A stretch of DNA of 64,000 nucleotides from Leptospirillum sp. (GCA_027323445.1 DAHWBS010000001.1:2115-66114), one strand, 5' to 3'. Shown: positions 9,436 to 17,804, counted from the first letter of the stretch. The notes: generated by a model not told the origin, from the letters alone. Numbers and translations: made by a program.

Positions 9436-9636
9436 ATGGATCTTCTTTCTACGTTGGCACAGTTATCCGATTCATCCAACTGTTGCGGTGCCACTCCGGG
9501 TGGAAACACTAGCGTGTCTGCTTTTGCGGCATTGATGGGAACTGCCACGGCCCTTACCAGTTTGCTTCTGATGATTCAGTGCATGACCGGAATTGGCGCA
9601 AAGCCAAAATTTGATCCTACAAAAGGGAAAAAATAG
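9436..9636 (+). CDS. Small single-TM protein with CC motif
   Basis: Strong AAGGAG RBS; SNCCG, one hydrophobic helix, basic tail. Confidence 0.7.
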   Translation: MDLLSTLAQLSDSSNCCGATPGGNTSVSAFAALMGTATALTSLLLMIQCMTGIGAKPKFDPTKGKK

Positions 9637-9742
9637 TCTCTTTTAAAGAGATCCTTCGGGAGTGTCCTCTCAGGCTCCTGAACCAATTGTTGGACAAGTC
9701 AGGTTGGGTGCTTTGACCTCAACCTAAAGTGAGGAGTGGTGA

Positions 9743-10273
9743 ATGGCTTATCGTGAGTATAAATTTGGCACCATGATGATCGGTACCCTTTTTGTGATTG
9801 TGTTATCGATCGTTGTTTTGTTCCCGTCCCTCCAGATGGCGAAGATTCCTCCAACGGCAACAGCCGTTCAGAAGTCGAAGGACTACGGCTCTGAGAGCGG
9901 ATGGACGCTTGAGGATCCGATGATGACCGGAGACAACCGGCCAACGATGATCGGAAAAGGTAAAGTGGTTTTTATTCGTGAAGGCTGCTGGTGGTGCCAC
10001 ACACTGCTTCCCGAGCAGACCCAGGACTGGCAGTATTTTGGCGCGCCTCCGACAGCCGCCGACTTTGTGGGAGAGAGCCCGACAGTGTTCGGTTCGGATC
10101 GAAAGGCTCCTGACCTTCTCCACGTAGGAAGCCGTCTGCCCATCAAGGGATGGCATCTTGTTCACCATGCCAATCCACGGGCCGTTCAGCCCAAGTCCAT
10201 GATGCCGGCATTCAACTATCTCCGGAAAAAGGATCTTGACGCTCTGGCCGATTACATGGCAAGCTTGAAATAG
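9743..10273 (+). CDS. ccoO: cbb3-type cytochrome c oxidase monoheme subunit II (CcoO/FixO-like)
   Basis: N-terminal TM, GKVVFIREGCWWCHT, GSDRKAPDLLHVG, WHLVHHANPR..PKSMMPAF. Confidence 0.9.
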   Translation: MAYREYKFGTMMIGTLFVIVLSIVVLFPSLQMAKIPPTATAVQKSKDYGSESGWTLEDPMMTGDNRPTMIGKGKVVFIREGCWWCHTLLPEQTQDWQYFGAPPTAADFVGESPTVFGSDRKAPDLLHVGSRLPIKGWHLVHHANPRAVQPKSMMPAFNYLRKKDLDALADYMASLK

Positions 10274-10330
10274 ACGTCTTTAAATTGACGGAGATGTTTC
10301 ACTGCAATTATACTTGTAAGGAGTTAAAAG

Positions 10331-10663
10331 ATGGCTGATATTGATGAAATGTTGAACGAAAGGTATGATGGAATTCTTGAAGGGACAAACAACATCCCTG
10401 CAGCGTTGATTCTCATCCTTACAATGACTGTTGTGACTGCTGAGCTCCTGACCTTCCCGCTCTTTGGAGCAAGGCCTCAGTATCCAGGGCATCCACATCA
10501 TTGGCTTATTATGGGAGCACCTGTACTGAAAGCCCATTTGTCCAAAACCTTGGCTCGTCCATGGTGGGATCAGGGTTACATCATTAATTCGACTTATGTC
10601 TGTTTCTTTTATGTCTGGATGGGCCTTTTGTTGAAAAAAACAGAGGTTTCCAAAGATTTTTAA
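10331..10663 (+). CDS. Membrane protein resembling the N-terminal anchor of CcoP/FixP, without heme domains
   Basis: RYDGILEGTNNIP resembles the FixP N-terminal YDGIxEYDNPxP motif; two TM helices; no CxxCH; AAGGAG RBS. Confidence 0.6.
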   Translation: MADIDEMLNERYDGILEGTNNIPAALILILTMTVVTAELLTFPLFGARPQYPGHPHHWLIMGAPVLKAHLSKTLARPWWDQGYIINSTYVCFFYVWMGLLLKKTEVSKDF

Positions 10664-10719
10664 TTTTGAGTATCTGATTGTAAGAGTTTTTTTGGAGAGA
10701 ACTCTCCTGGGAGGGTCAT

Positions 10720-10824
10720 ATGTGGAATTTAAATAGTCCTTATGTATTTTGGGTTATTACAATGATGATGTTGGCTTGTTCTCTTATCTATTCTTTCTTT
10801 ATCGACGAGAGACGGCCGGAGTAG
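10720..10824 (+). CDS. 34-aa single-TM microprotein (CcoQ-sized), absent from the ORF track
   Basis: GGAGG RBS then MWNLNSPYVFWVITMMMLACSLIYSFFIDERRPE*; followed by hairpins. Confidence 0.6.
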   Translation: MWNLNSPYVFWVITMMMLACSLIYSFFIDERRPE

Positions 10825-10837
10825 TTTGTCTGTGATA

Positions 10838-10875
10838 GAGAAGGCCGGAGTCTCCTTAATCCGGCCTTTCTTATT
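10838..10875 (+). terminator. Stem-loop / possible intrinsic terminator
   Basis: AAGGCCGGA...TCCGGCCTT followed by TCTTATTT. Confidence 0.5.
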
Positions 10876-10892
10876 TCTGGCATATTGGACCA

Positions 10893-10920
10893 GGGCGGTT
10901 CGCTTGCGACCGCCTTTTTT
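10893..10920 (+). terminator. Rho-independent terminator
   Basis: GGCGGT-tcgcttgcg-ACCGCC followed by TTTTTT. Confidence 0.65.
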
Positions 10921-10971
10921 GTTGACCCGGGAAGATGATGGGCCGTAAAATAACAGGTAAGAGGGTCCTGT

Positions 10972-11178
10972 ATGAATATAAAGCTATCTGTTTCAATTGT
11001 GATTTTTACCTTCCTGATTGCTGCTGTTTTTGTCTTTCTTATTATGTCCCGTTATATCATCGGCCCTTTTGGAAAACTGAAAAAAGGAGAACAGGTTGTC
11101 GTCGTCCTTAGTATTATCGGAGTGACGGTCGTGCTGTTGTTTGCTGTGGTTCAGCTCGTCTTGAAAATTCTGGTTTAA
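10972..11178 (+). CDS. Small two-helix membrane protein
   Basis: 68 aa with two hydrophobic stretches; collinear with the cluster. Confidence 0.65.
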   Translation: MNIKLSVSIVIFTFLIAAVFVFLIMSRYIIGPFGKLKKGEQVVVVLSIIGVTVVLLFAVVQLVLKILV

Positions 11179-11192
11179 TGGGGTCATAACCA

Positions 11193-11624
11193 ATGAAAAC
11201 TGGGGAAAAGGTCGTTTTCATGCTCACAGCCCTTATGATTGGGGTTGTAATGGTTCTGTACGTTCTGGGACAGATGCATATCATTAATTTTTGGACGACC
11301 AATGAGGTTTATGTTTTTAATAAAAAGACGGAAGCTGGATTTCATATTTTTAAAAGGGATGGATGTAAAAACTGCCATGTTCTTTATGGGGATGGAGATT
11401 TCGCTGGTCCCGATCTTGATGGGGAGGGAACAAAAAGAACCCGGCAATGGCTCGAGTCTTATATGAAGGATCCTCATAAAGTCTTCTTCAATACGAGGCA
11501 TGATGGGAAATTCGCCACAGATTTTTCAGATATTCCTCCAGCAGACAAGGCGATGCTTCTGGATCTACTGACGTCAACCCAATCGCTTCCGGGTTCTCCA
11601 AACTATCCCAAACCACCAAAATAA
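11193..11624 (+). CDS. Membrane-anchored monoheme cytochrome c (CcoO/NorC-like)
   Basis: N-terminal TM; GCKNCH; FAGPDL; WLESYMKDP. Confidence 0.85.
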   Translation: MKTGEKVVFMLTALMIGVVMVLYVLGQMHIINFWTTNEVYVFNKKTEAGFHIFKRDGCKNCHVLYGDGDFAGPDLDGEGTKRTRQWLESYMKDPHKVFFNTRHDGKFATDFSDIPPADKAMLLDLLTSTQSLPGSPNYPKPPK

Positions 11625-11641
11625 TTGAGAAAGGGCACAAG

Positions 11642-11848
11642 ATGAAACTACCTGAAGGAATTGTTGCCTATCTGTGGACGGCAACAGGATTGGTATCGCT
11701 TGTTTTAGTTGTTATTGGTATTTATTGGGCTTACAAAAACAACCAGTTCGATGAAAATATAAAGTATCTTGTTTTCATGGAGGATGATGATGATCGAAAA
11801 AACCATATTGAAGCAATGAAGGAAAAGGAATTAGAAGACCGTAAATGA
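11642..11848 (+). CDS. ccoS: cbb3 oxidase maturation protein CcoS/FixS-like
   Basis: TM followed by WAYKNNQFDE (cf. WAxxxGQFDD) and an acidic tail. Confidence 0.7.
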   Translation: MKLPEGIVAYLWTATGLVSLVLVVIGIYWAYKNNQFDENIKYLVFMEDDDDRKNHIEAMKEKELEDRK

Positions 11849-11869
11849 GTCTGATGGAGGTCTGTCCAG

Positions 11870-12340
11870 ATGAATCTTGAGAAAAATTACACTCCCCGAG
11901 TCGTTCTGGCAATGACTCTGGGGGTCCTTGGTTATTGGATCATAGATTCAGTGTTCCATCTGACGGATGGTGCCTTTCATCATCTATTCGGAGGTGGAAT
12001 CCTCTGGACATACCTTCTTGTTCCGGCGCTGATTGCCTTTTATGTTGGTTATATGGTTGGAAAATGGGGAAAGTATTGGGGAGCAGTCCCGCCGATGATT
12101 TATATCCTCTGGGCCTATATGAATGCTTCAAGATCGGTTATCCCCCATACTGTCGGACTTCCCACGGCTCCCTTTATGATGATTTTTTTCATCACCGTTC
12201 CCGAAGTATCATTTGTTGGTGGGTGGGCAGGTGAGTTTCTCCGGAAAAAACACGATAAGACAAAAAAGCTCCGTCTGAAAGAAAAGACAGCCACCCAGAC
12301 ATTAGAAAATGAAGCAAACGAAGGGAGTACTCAGCTATGA
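11870..12340 (+). CDS. Hypothetical membrane protein (about 4 TM)
   Basis: GGAGG RBS; hydrophobic helices; overlaps next gene (ATGA). Confidence 0.7.
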   Translation: MNLEKNYTPRVVLAMTLGVLGYWIIDSVFHLTDGAFHHLFGGGILWTYLLVPALIAFYVGYMVGKWGKYWGAVPPMIYILWAYMNASRSVIPHTVGLPTAPFMMIFFITVPEVSFVGGWAGEFLRKKHDKTKKLRLKEKTATQTLENEANEGSTQL

Positions 12341-12885
12341 AAGTAGAAGAAAGCGATCGCTTAGGGCTTAGATTTATCCTTTTTGGTGTTTTCTGCCTTT
12401 TCATAGGGACTCTTCAGGGATTCCTTCAATCAACACCAAGGTTGCGACACTGGGTGCATACTACTGGTCAGGCAGGACACCTTGTCGATCCTTTGGCACA
12501 TGCGCACATCAACCTTATTGGCGGGGTCGTGTCGGTCATGATGGCGGTTGTCTACTATCTGATTCCCCGGATGATGAAGCGCAATATCAAAAGTGTTTTC
12601 CTTGGCCAGGCCAATTTCTATTTTATGGTTTCCGGCGTTCTTTTGTTTTATGTCACGCTTTTGGTCTTCGGAATTCTGGAGGGTAACCGGATGATAGATG
12701 AAGGAATTGTCTATCCTCTGGCGCGTGCCCATTATGAACCGATCCATAGAATCGGTTTTGTCTTTTCAGCTCTTCTCATGGGCTTGGCGCACTGGACATT
12801 TGTGGCCAATATCTTCTGGACCTATTTTGCAAAAGAGTCTGCATCCGTTATTCCAGATGCAGTTCCTATGAAAGAAAGGGCTTGA
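12337..12885 (+). CDS. 4-TM heme-copper oxidase subunit I-like protein (single repeat)
   Basis: AHAHINLIGG..MAVVYYLIPRM resembles CcoN helix X (GHVH..LGW..YYxxP). Confidence 0.75.
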   Translation: MKVEESDRLGLRFILFGVFCLFIGTLQGFLQSTPRLRHWVHTTGQAGHLVDPLAHAHINLIGGVVSVMMAVVYYLIPRMMKRNIKSVFLGQANFYFMVSGVLLFYVTLLVFGILEGNRMIDEGIVYPLARAHYEPIHRIGFVFSALLMGLAHWTFVANIFWTYFAKESASVIPDAVPMKERA

Positions 12886-12889
12886 ATCG

Positions 12890-14008
12890 ATGACGGGTAA
12901 AGAAGGCAATTTTACAGACCCAATCGCCCCGTCGGGAGCAGCAACTGAGGAAAAAAAGACTTCTCCCCCATCAGTCACAACCATGGATGACGATGATTTG
13001 ACTTTGCAGGAGCTGTCTCCATGGAGGCTTCCATGGAAAGCGATCTCTGTCACAGTGGTGATTTTGATTTTGATTGCGGGAGCTATACAGATTGTGAGCC
13101 TGGCATCAAATCGCATCAAGAGATTATCCGAGTCGAGTATCCGCACCCATGGGGCAGCCCCAGGAAACTTCAGGCCTATGGGAGGGGTTGTGCCGCATCT
13201 CTCTGCATCGCTTCCTATTTCAAAGGCAGCAAATGAATTGGGGGCAACCTCCAGTTTGGCAATTCCTGCACCCAAAGGTGTGAATCTGCCTCCGGGATTT
13301 GTTTACATTCCTGCCGGTCCTTTCATCATGGGTTCTGACGATTCCTTTTCAAATTTTGATGAAACTCCGGTGCATAAGGTGTATTTGCCACCTTATGCAA
13401 TTATGAAAACATTGGTGACCAATCGTCAGTACAAGGAGTTTATCGATCAGGCGAATTACCTGGCTCCGCCAGGCTGGAAAGGTCGGACCTATCCCAAGGG
13501 AAAGGGCGATCATCCTGTGACTTTTGTGAGTTATCTAAACGCAGTAGATTTTGCAAGGTGGCAGAAAAGTCGACTCTGTACAGAAGAAGAGTGGGAAAAA
13601 GCGGCACGAGGGGTTGATGGAAGACTCTGGCCCTGGGGCAATACCTGGGATCCACGACGGGCAAATGCGAATTATAGTGCGGGTGATACGACATCTGTGA
13701 CGAGGTACGCCGACGGAGTCAGTCCTTACGGTATTTACGACATGGCTGGAAATGTATTCGAATGGACCTCATCTACCTACAAGCCCTATCCAGGAAGTAC
13801 TGCCAGTAAAGCCAGATTTATGGCATATAAAGTGGATGCGACAGGAACCCTCCATAGGGTCAGGGGAAAGGTTTACAAGGTTTTGCGTGGAGGTTCCTGG
13901 AAAAGCGATCAATACAGCGCAAGGACTACTGCCAGGAATCCGACGTGGCCGGATTATGCATCTGATTTCTTTGGCTTTCGCACCTGTCGGGATGTCATTC
14001 ATGATTGA
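12890..14008 (+). CDS. Membrane-anchored FGE-sulfatase (SUMF1/NirV/EgtB-fold) domain protein
   Basis: IPAGPFIMGS, E.P.H.V, VTNRQY, HPVTFVS, RL.TEEEWEKAARG, YDMAGNVFEW, RGGSW, GFR. Confidence 0.9.
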   Translation: MTGKEGNFTDPIAPSGAATEEKKTSPPSVTTMDDDDLTLQELSPWRLPWKAISVTVVILILIAGAIQIVSLASNRIKRLSESSIRTHGAAPGNFRPMGGVVPHLSASLPISKAANELGATSSLAIPAPKGVNLPPGFVYIPAGPFIMGSDDSFSNFDETPVHKVYLPPYAIMKTLVTNRQYKEFIDQANYLAPPGWKGRTYPKGKGDHPVTFVSYLNAVDFARWQKSRLCTEEEWEKAARGVDGRLWPWGNTWDPRRANANYSAGDTTSVTRYADGVSPYGIYDMAGNVFEWTSSTYKPYPGSTASKARFMAYKVDATGTLHRVRGKVYKVLRGGSWKSDQYSARTTARNPTWPDYASDFFGFRTCRDVIHD

Positions 14009-14021
14009 AAAAGGAGCGCTT

Positions 14022-14597
14022 ATGGATCGGGAAGAAGGTATCAAGGACTACATCATGAAGTTCTATTATGCTTGTCTTTTGTACGCGATTATTGGTTTTT
14101 CCTGGGGTTCGATCATGGGTGGCGTGGAACAGTTCCGGAATTTTGTGCAAGCTGGTGCGGGAGGCCCTTCAGACCTGATTGTTCTTGGTCATACCCATAT
14201 CAATTTGCTCGGATGGGTGGAGATGGCAATCTTCGGAACAATCTATTATGTCGTGCCAAGACTTTATAATTCTCCCCTTTACAGCTACAAGCTGATGAAG
14301 ATACATTTCTGGACCCACAATATCGGGCTGGTAGGCATGGTTCTTTGTTTCACCATTGCCGGATATAAAGGTGGGATGATCCTTCTGCACGGCAGTGTTG
14401 CCGATATTAAACCAGTCGAAGTTCCCTATATGGAACTGGTTGGTGTTTTTGGGATGATGGTCCTTCTTGCGAACTTTATCTTTGCCTATAACATTTACAA
14501 CTCTGTTCAAGTGGCAAAAGGCAGGAAAAGCCTTCCTGCAGAAGAAAGAGCGATAATGAACGGGAGTGTTTCTGTCAGCATGGGAGAATCGGCTTGA
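14022..14597 (+). CDS. Second 4-TM heme-copper oxidase subunit I-like protein
   Basis: IVLGHTHINLLGWVEMAIFGTIYYVVPRL..LYS.KL..IHFW..FAYNIY strongly resembles CcoN TM IX-XII. AAGGAG RBS before ATG 14022 (alternative start 14001). Confidence 0.8.
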   Translation: MDREEGIKDYIMKFYYACLLYAIIGFSWGSIMGGVEQFRNFVQAGAGGPSDLIVLGHTHINLLGWVEMAIFGTIYYVVPRLYNSPLYSYKLMKIHFWTHNIGLVGMVLCFTIAGYKGGMILLHGSVADIKPVEVPYMELVGVFGMMVLLANFIFAYNIYNSVQVAKGRKSLPAEERAIMNGSVSVSMGESA

Positions 14598-14848
14598 ACC
14601 GAAATGAGCGTTCCCTTATTGCTTCTTTTGTTTTTCTGGTTTTTGGGGCTGAGGTGTGTTTTCCGGTTGAAGCCAGAGCCTATATGCCAAGGTATGTCCA
14701 TGTAACGCTGGGGGTTCCCTGGATTGCATACCTTGTTTTTTTACTGGGTGTGCTGGCCCCTCTTTTTTTATACCTGGGTGTTTCCTGGTATTGGCGCCAT
14801 GAAATTGAATCCAGTGGAAAATCAGGCGATGATCAGGGGGAAGAGTAA
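14594..14848 (+). CDS. Hypothetical membrane protein with signal-like N-terminus
   Basis: TTG start overlapping the upstream stop; AxA-like site, TM helix. Confidence 0.55.
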   Translation: MNRNERSLIASFVFLVFGAEVCFPVEARAYMPRYVHVTLGVPWIAYLVFLLGVLAPLFLYLGVSWYWRHEIESSGKSGDDQGEE

Positions 14849-14894
14849 TTTTCATGAAATAATGCCCTGATGTTCCTTGTTTGAAAGGTTGGCT

Positions 14895-16238
14895 ATGTCA
14901 TCTTCTGTGAAAAATACTTCACTTATACCAATGCCAAGTATTGATAAAAATCCATCCAAGGCTAATTCAAAAAAATTCTGGCGTGTAACAAAGGTCAGAT
15001 ATCTTGTTCAGGGAACAATTCTTGCGACAATAGCCATACTGCCGTTTACAGGTTTGTTCCGTGTCGATTTATCAACTGGCCGATTTTTGTTGGCCGGTTA
15101 TCAGATCTGGTGGAGTGATTTTTTTCTGATTTTTCCATTCTGGCTTCTCCTGATCGCAGGTGCTGCAACGATTTATTCCATGCTGGGAATGGTATTTTGT
15201 GGGTGGGCCTGTATTCAGAATACCCTGTCCGAGTTTGTCGACTTTCTCGTTATCAGAGTGTTGAAATCGAAAAAACAAAGCCTGGGTCTGGATTCTTTAA
15301 CAATCGGAGGGGACCTTAGTAAAGGTTCCAGAGCAACCTCATCAGGCTGGATCCTTTTTGGAACAATCATTGTTCTGATGTCCATTGCTCTCGGGGTTGT
15401 TTTTGCCGGCTATTTTGTCGATCCTAAAATTCTCTGGGGTGATATCAAGTCAGGTTCCAACGCGCATGGAGTCTTTTTTATTATTCCTGGCATCGGCGCC
15501 TTATTTGTTCTTGATTTGTTTCTGATCAGGCATTACTGGTGCAATTGGGTCTGCCCCTACCCTTTGTGGCAGCACATGTTTAAGAGCGAAGCAACCATGA
15601 AAGTTGCTTTTGATGATGCCAGAAGGGAAGAGTGTACTGGCTGCAATCTTTGTGTAAAGTCCTGCATCGTTGACATTGATCCAAGAGATACAAAAAATTA
15701 CACCCGTTGTATCAACTGCGGAGAGTGTGTTGTTGCCTGTGAAGATTATTCAGCAAAGAAAAATGTTTCTTCTCTTTTGACATTTCATTTTGACGGATTT
15801 TCAGTGGGAAAGGATGGCAAGAAGCATATCAATAAAGTTTCTCCGGCGGTAAATCGTTTTGCTTTGACTGCCGGCTTTACAATGATTCCCTTGACACTTT
15901 TTATTTATGGAGTTTTTTCTTACATTCCATTTCATATTACCTTTAGTCAAAATCCAGGGGATTTAACCAGTTACTCGCTGGCTATTTCCAACAAAAAACC
16001 AATTCCACAAAAATTTCAGATCGAACAGGATGGTCTTCCTGCAAAAAGTATTAGGATCGGAGCCGATGAAGTCACTATTCCGGCCGGTGGAAAAAAGGTT
16101 ATTCCTGTCTCCATTTTCCCAAAAGAAGGAGGCCTTTCTGATGGATTGCATCCCTTTGTGATTCATGTGATTGCAGTGAGTCCCAAAAAGCAGGAACTTT
16201 CACAGGAAGCATCTGTCTATATTTCTCAGGGATCATGA
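14895..16238 (+). CDS. ccoG: CcoG/FixG/RdxB family 4Fe-4S membrane protein
   Basis: FCGWAC, WCNWVCPY, CTGCNLCVKSC, CINCGECVVAC, C-terminal Ig-like domain. Confidence 0.85.
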   Translation: MSSSVKNTSLIPMPSIDKNPSKANSKKFWRVTKVRYLVQGTILATIAILPFTGLFRVDLSTGRFLLAGYQIWWSDFFLIFPFWLLLIAGAATIYSMLGMVFCGWACIQNTLSEFVDFLVIRVLKSKKQSLGLDSLTIGGDLSKGSRATSSGWILFGTIIVLMSIALGVVFAGYFVDPKILWGDIKSGSNAHGVFFIIPGIGALFVLDLFLIRHYWCNWVCPYPLWQHMFKSEATMKVAFDDARREECTGCNLCVKSCIVDIDPRDTKNYTRCINCGECVVACEDYSAKKNVSSLLTFHFDGFSVGKDGKKHINKVSPAVNRFALTAGFTMIPLTLFIYGVFSYIPFHITFSQNPGDLTSYSLAISNKKPIPQKFQIEQDGLPAKSIRIGADEVTIPAGGKKVIPVSIFPKEGGLSDGLHPFVIHVIAVSPKKQELSQEASVYISQGS

Positions 16239-16394
16239 AGATTATTTCTGAAAGCGGAATGTGTTTAAGAAGAAAAGTTTTCCAAGGTTTTTCAAAAAAA
16301 GTTGTCATGATTTGTTGATTTGAATTTTACGAAAAAGTGCTTTGCAGCCATTGTTTTTATTGAATTTCTTCAGTAATTGTGATACTGTTTGGTC

Positions 16395-16862
16395 ATGTCA
16401 GAGACGATTATAGAATTGATGCCAGATAAACGGGGAGCTTTGTGGAGCGGTTTGTTCCATGGTGCTGCTATTTTCATGTCTTCCGTTCTAAGCTATGATT
16501 ATTACCAGAAAGGCCATTTTTCTCCGCTATTTTATTTATTTTTCTTTTCCTTGTGGCTCGCTCTTTTTTCAGGTTTTACGTCTGTCGGTTCTCATTGTCT
16601 GTTGCTTTTTCCCCATTCCCTGAAATCAATCAAGATTGGACAGCGATCGGTTATCCTGACTTGGAAAAACGGGGATGCTGATGAGATCGTAAAGAAACTC
16701 CAATTCCAAGGCGGTCGGACGCTCTTGGGTTTATGGGGACAAACCGTTGACAAGAGGCGAATTCAAGCTACGATCAGGAGAAACTCTGTGAGCAAGGATG
16801 ATTTCGCATATCTTCTTGGAGAGTTTGCCAGAATCCGAGACATGGACAAGCCAAAGCCATAA
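16395..16862 (+). CDS. Hypothetical membrane protein
   Basis: Two N-terminal TM helices plus a soluble C-terminus. Confidence 0.6.
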   Translation: MSETIIELMPDKRGALWSGLFHGAAIFMSSVLSYDYYQKGHFSPLFYLFFFSLWLALFSGFTSVGSHCLLLFPHSLKSIKIGQRSVILTWKNGDADEIVKKLQFQGGRTLLGLWGQTVDKRRIQATIRRNSVSKDDFAYLLGEFARIRDMDKPKP

Positions 16863-16874
16863 AGGGAGCGACCC

Positions 16875-17156
16875 TTGGCCCCGCCTATCAACTCACTTCC
16901 TTTCTTAGCCAAACGGCATCCTTTCCTTACAGCAATCTTCTCATTTTGGGGATTCGGCTATACTTTTATGGTTCCCAATCTTCTTGGTGGGCACTTCCTT
17001 TTCTCCTTTTTTAAACTGGTGGGAAAAAGTCCGACGGATGCATTCATGGGCTTTTCCCTGCTTTTTGGGATGGTTGGCTTTTTTGCCTTTGTTGTCCCTT
17101 TTTCTATCTGGTATCTTGTATGTCGGGCATTGGAAAGTGGTGACACTGTTTCATGA
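16875..17156 (+). CDS. Hypothetical membrane protein
   Basis: GGGAG RBS, TTG start, hydrophobic. Confidence 0.55.
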   Translation: MAPPINSLPFLAKRHPFLTAIFSFWGFGYTFMVPNLLGGHFLFSFFKLVGKSPTDAFMGFSLLFGMVGFFAFVVPFSIWYLVCRALESGDTVS

Positions 17157-17189
17157 TGTTTATTGGAAGTATCTGATAAGGAGCATTAG

Positions 17190-17804
17190 ATGCATGGCTT
17201 TTTGGGAACGAAAGCCGATTTTTGGTGGGACCTTACTGTAACAAGCGAGACTATCGTCTTCAGTTTTCTCGCGGTTGGAGGGTATTTTGGCAAAAAGCAC
17301 AAAGGAACCCGCCATCATAATACGATGCTTTTATCTTCAGTACTGGTTGCTGCCTGGTTCTTGATGTATATTGCGCAACAATACATAGTGGGAATAGTGG
17401 GGTTTGGTGGCCCGGACTTTGTGAAGTTTCTGATCTATTATCCGGTGATTATCTTTCACTCGCTCGTCTCAACAGCGGCATTGGTTTTGACAGGAGTCGT
17501 TGTTTTTAATGGGTTTGTTTCAACTGATTTCAAAGAGGGTGAGAGGGTTCTGGTAAAAAATCCGAACGTGCATCGCCGCCTTGGTTGGGTGACTCTCATT
17601 TGTTTTATTTGTTCGATTGTTACTGCCTATTCGGTTTATGCGATGCTTTTTGTGATCTATAACCCGGCCAGAAGTCCCTCTTACGGGATTAAGTCTTCAA
17701 TCGGAGCGCTTTCTGGAATCGGCTCCTTCCTGATCCTGTCGCTTGTTATCTTGTTCTGGTATGTGGGCAGAGAAAAGCGAAAGAGAATGGGAACCCCATC
17801 ATGA
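17190..17804 (+). CDS. DUF420 (CtaM/YozB-like) membrane protein
   Basis: HHNTML, FLMY, GFGGP, IIFHS, HRRLG: His pattern typical of DUF420, a family associated with oxidase operons. Confidence 0.75.
   Translation: MHGFLGTKADFWWDLTVTSETIVFSFLAVGGYFGKKHKGTRHHNTMLLSSVLVAAWFLMYIAQQYIVGIVGFGGPDFVKFLIYYPVIIFHSLVSTAALVLTGVVVFNGFVSTDFKEGERVLVKNPNVHRRLGWVTLICFICSIVTAYSVYAMLFVIYNPARSPSYGIKSSIGALSGIGSFLILSLVILFWYVGREKRKRMGTPS

Noticed and set aside
13752-14021. N-terminal extension of the 281-aa ORF in the track
   Set aside because: It overlaps the FGE-fold gene; the good RBS is at 14022.
12337-14597. Frameshifted ccoN pseudogene
   Set aside because: Both ORFs correspond to the same helix IX-XII type unit, are intact with their own starts and are separated by a full gene; no CuB motifs are seen.
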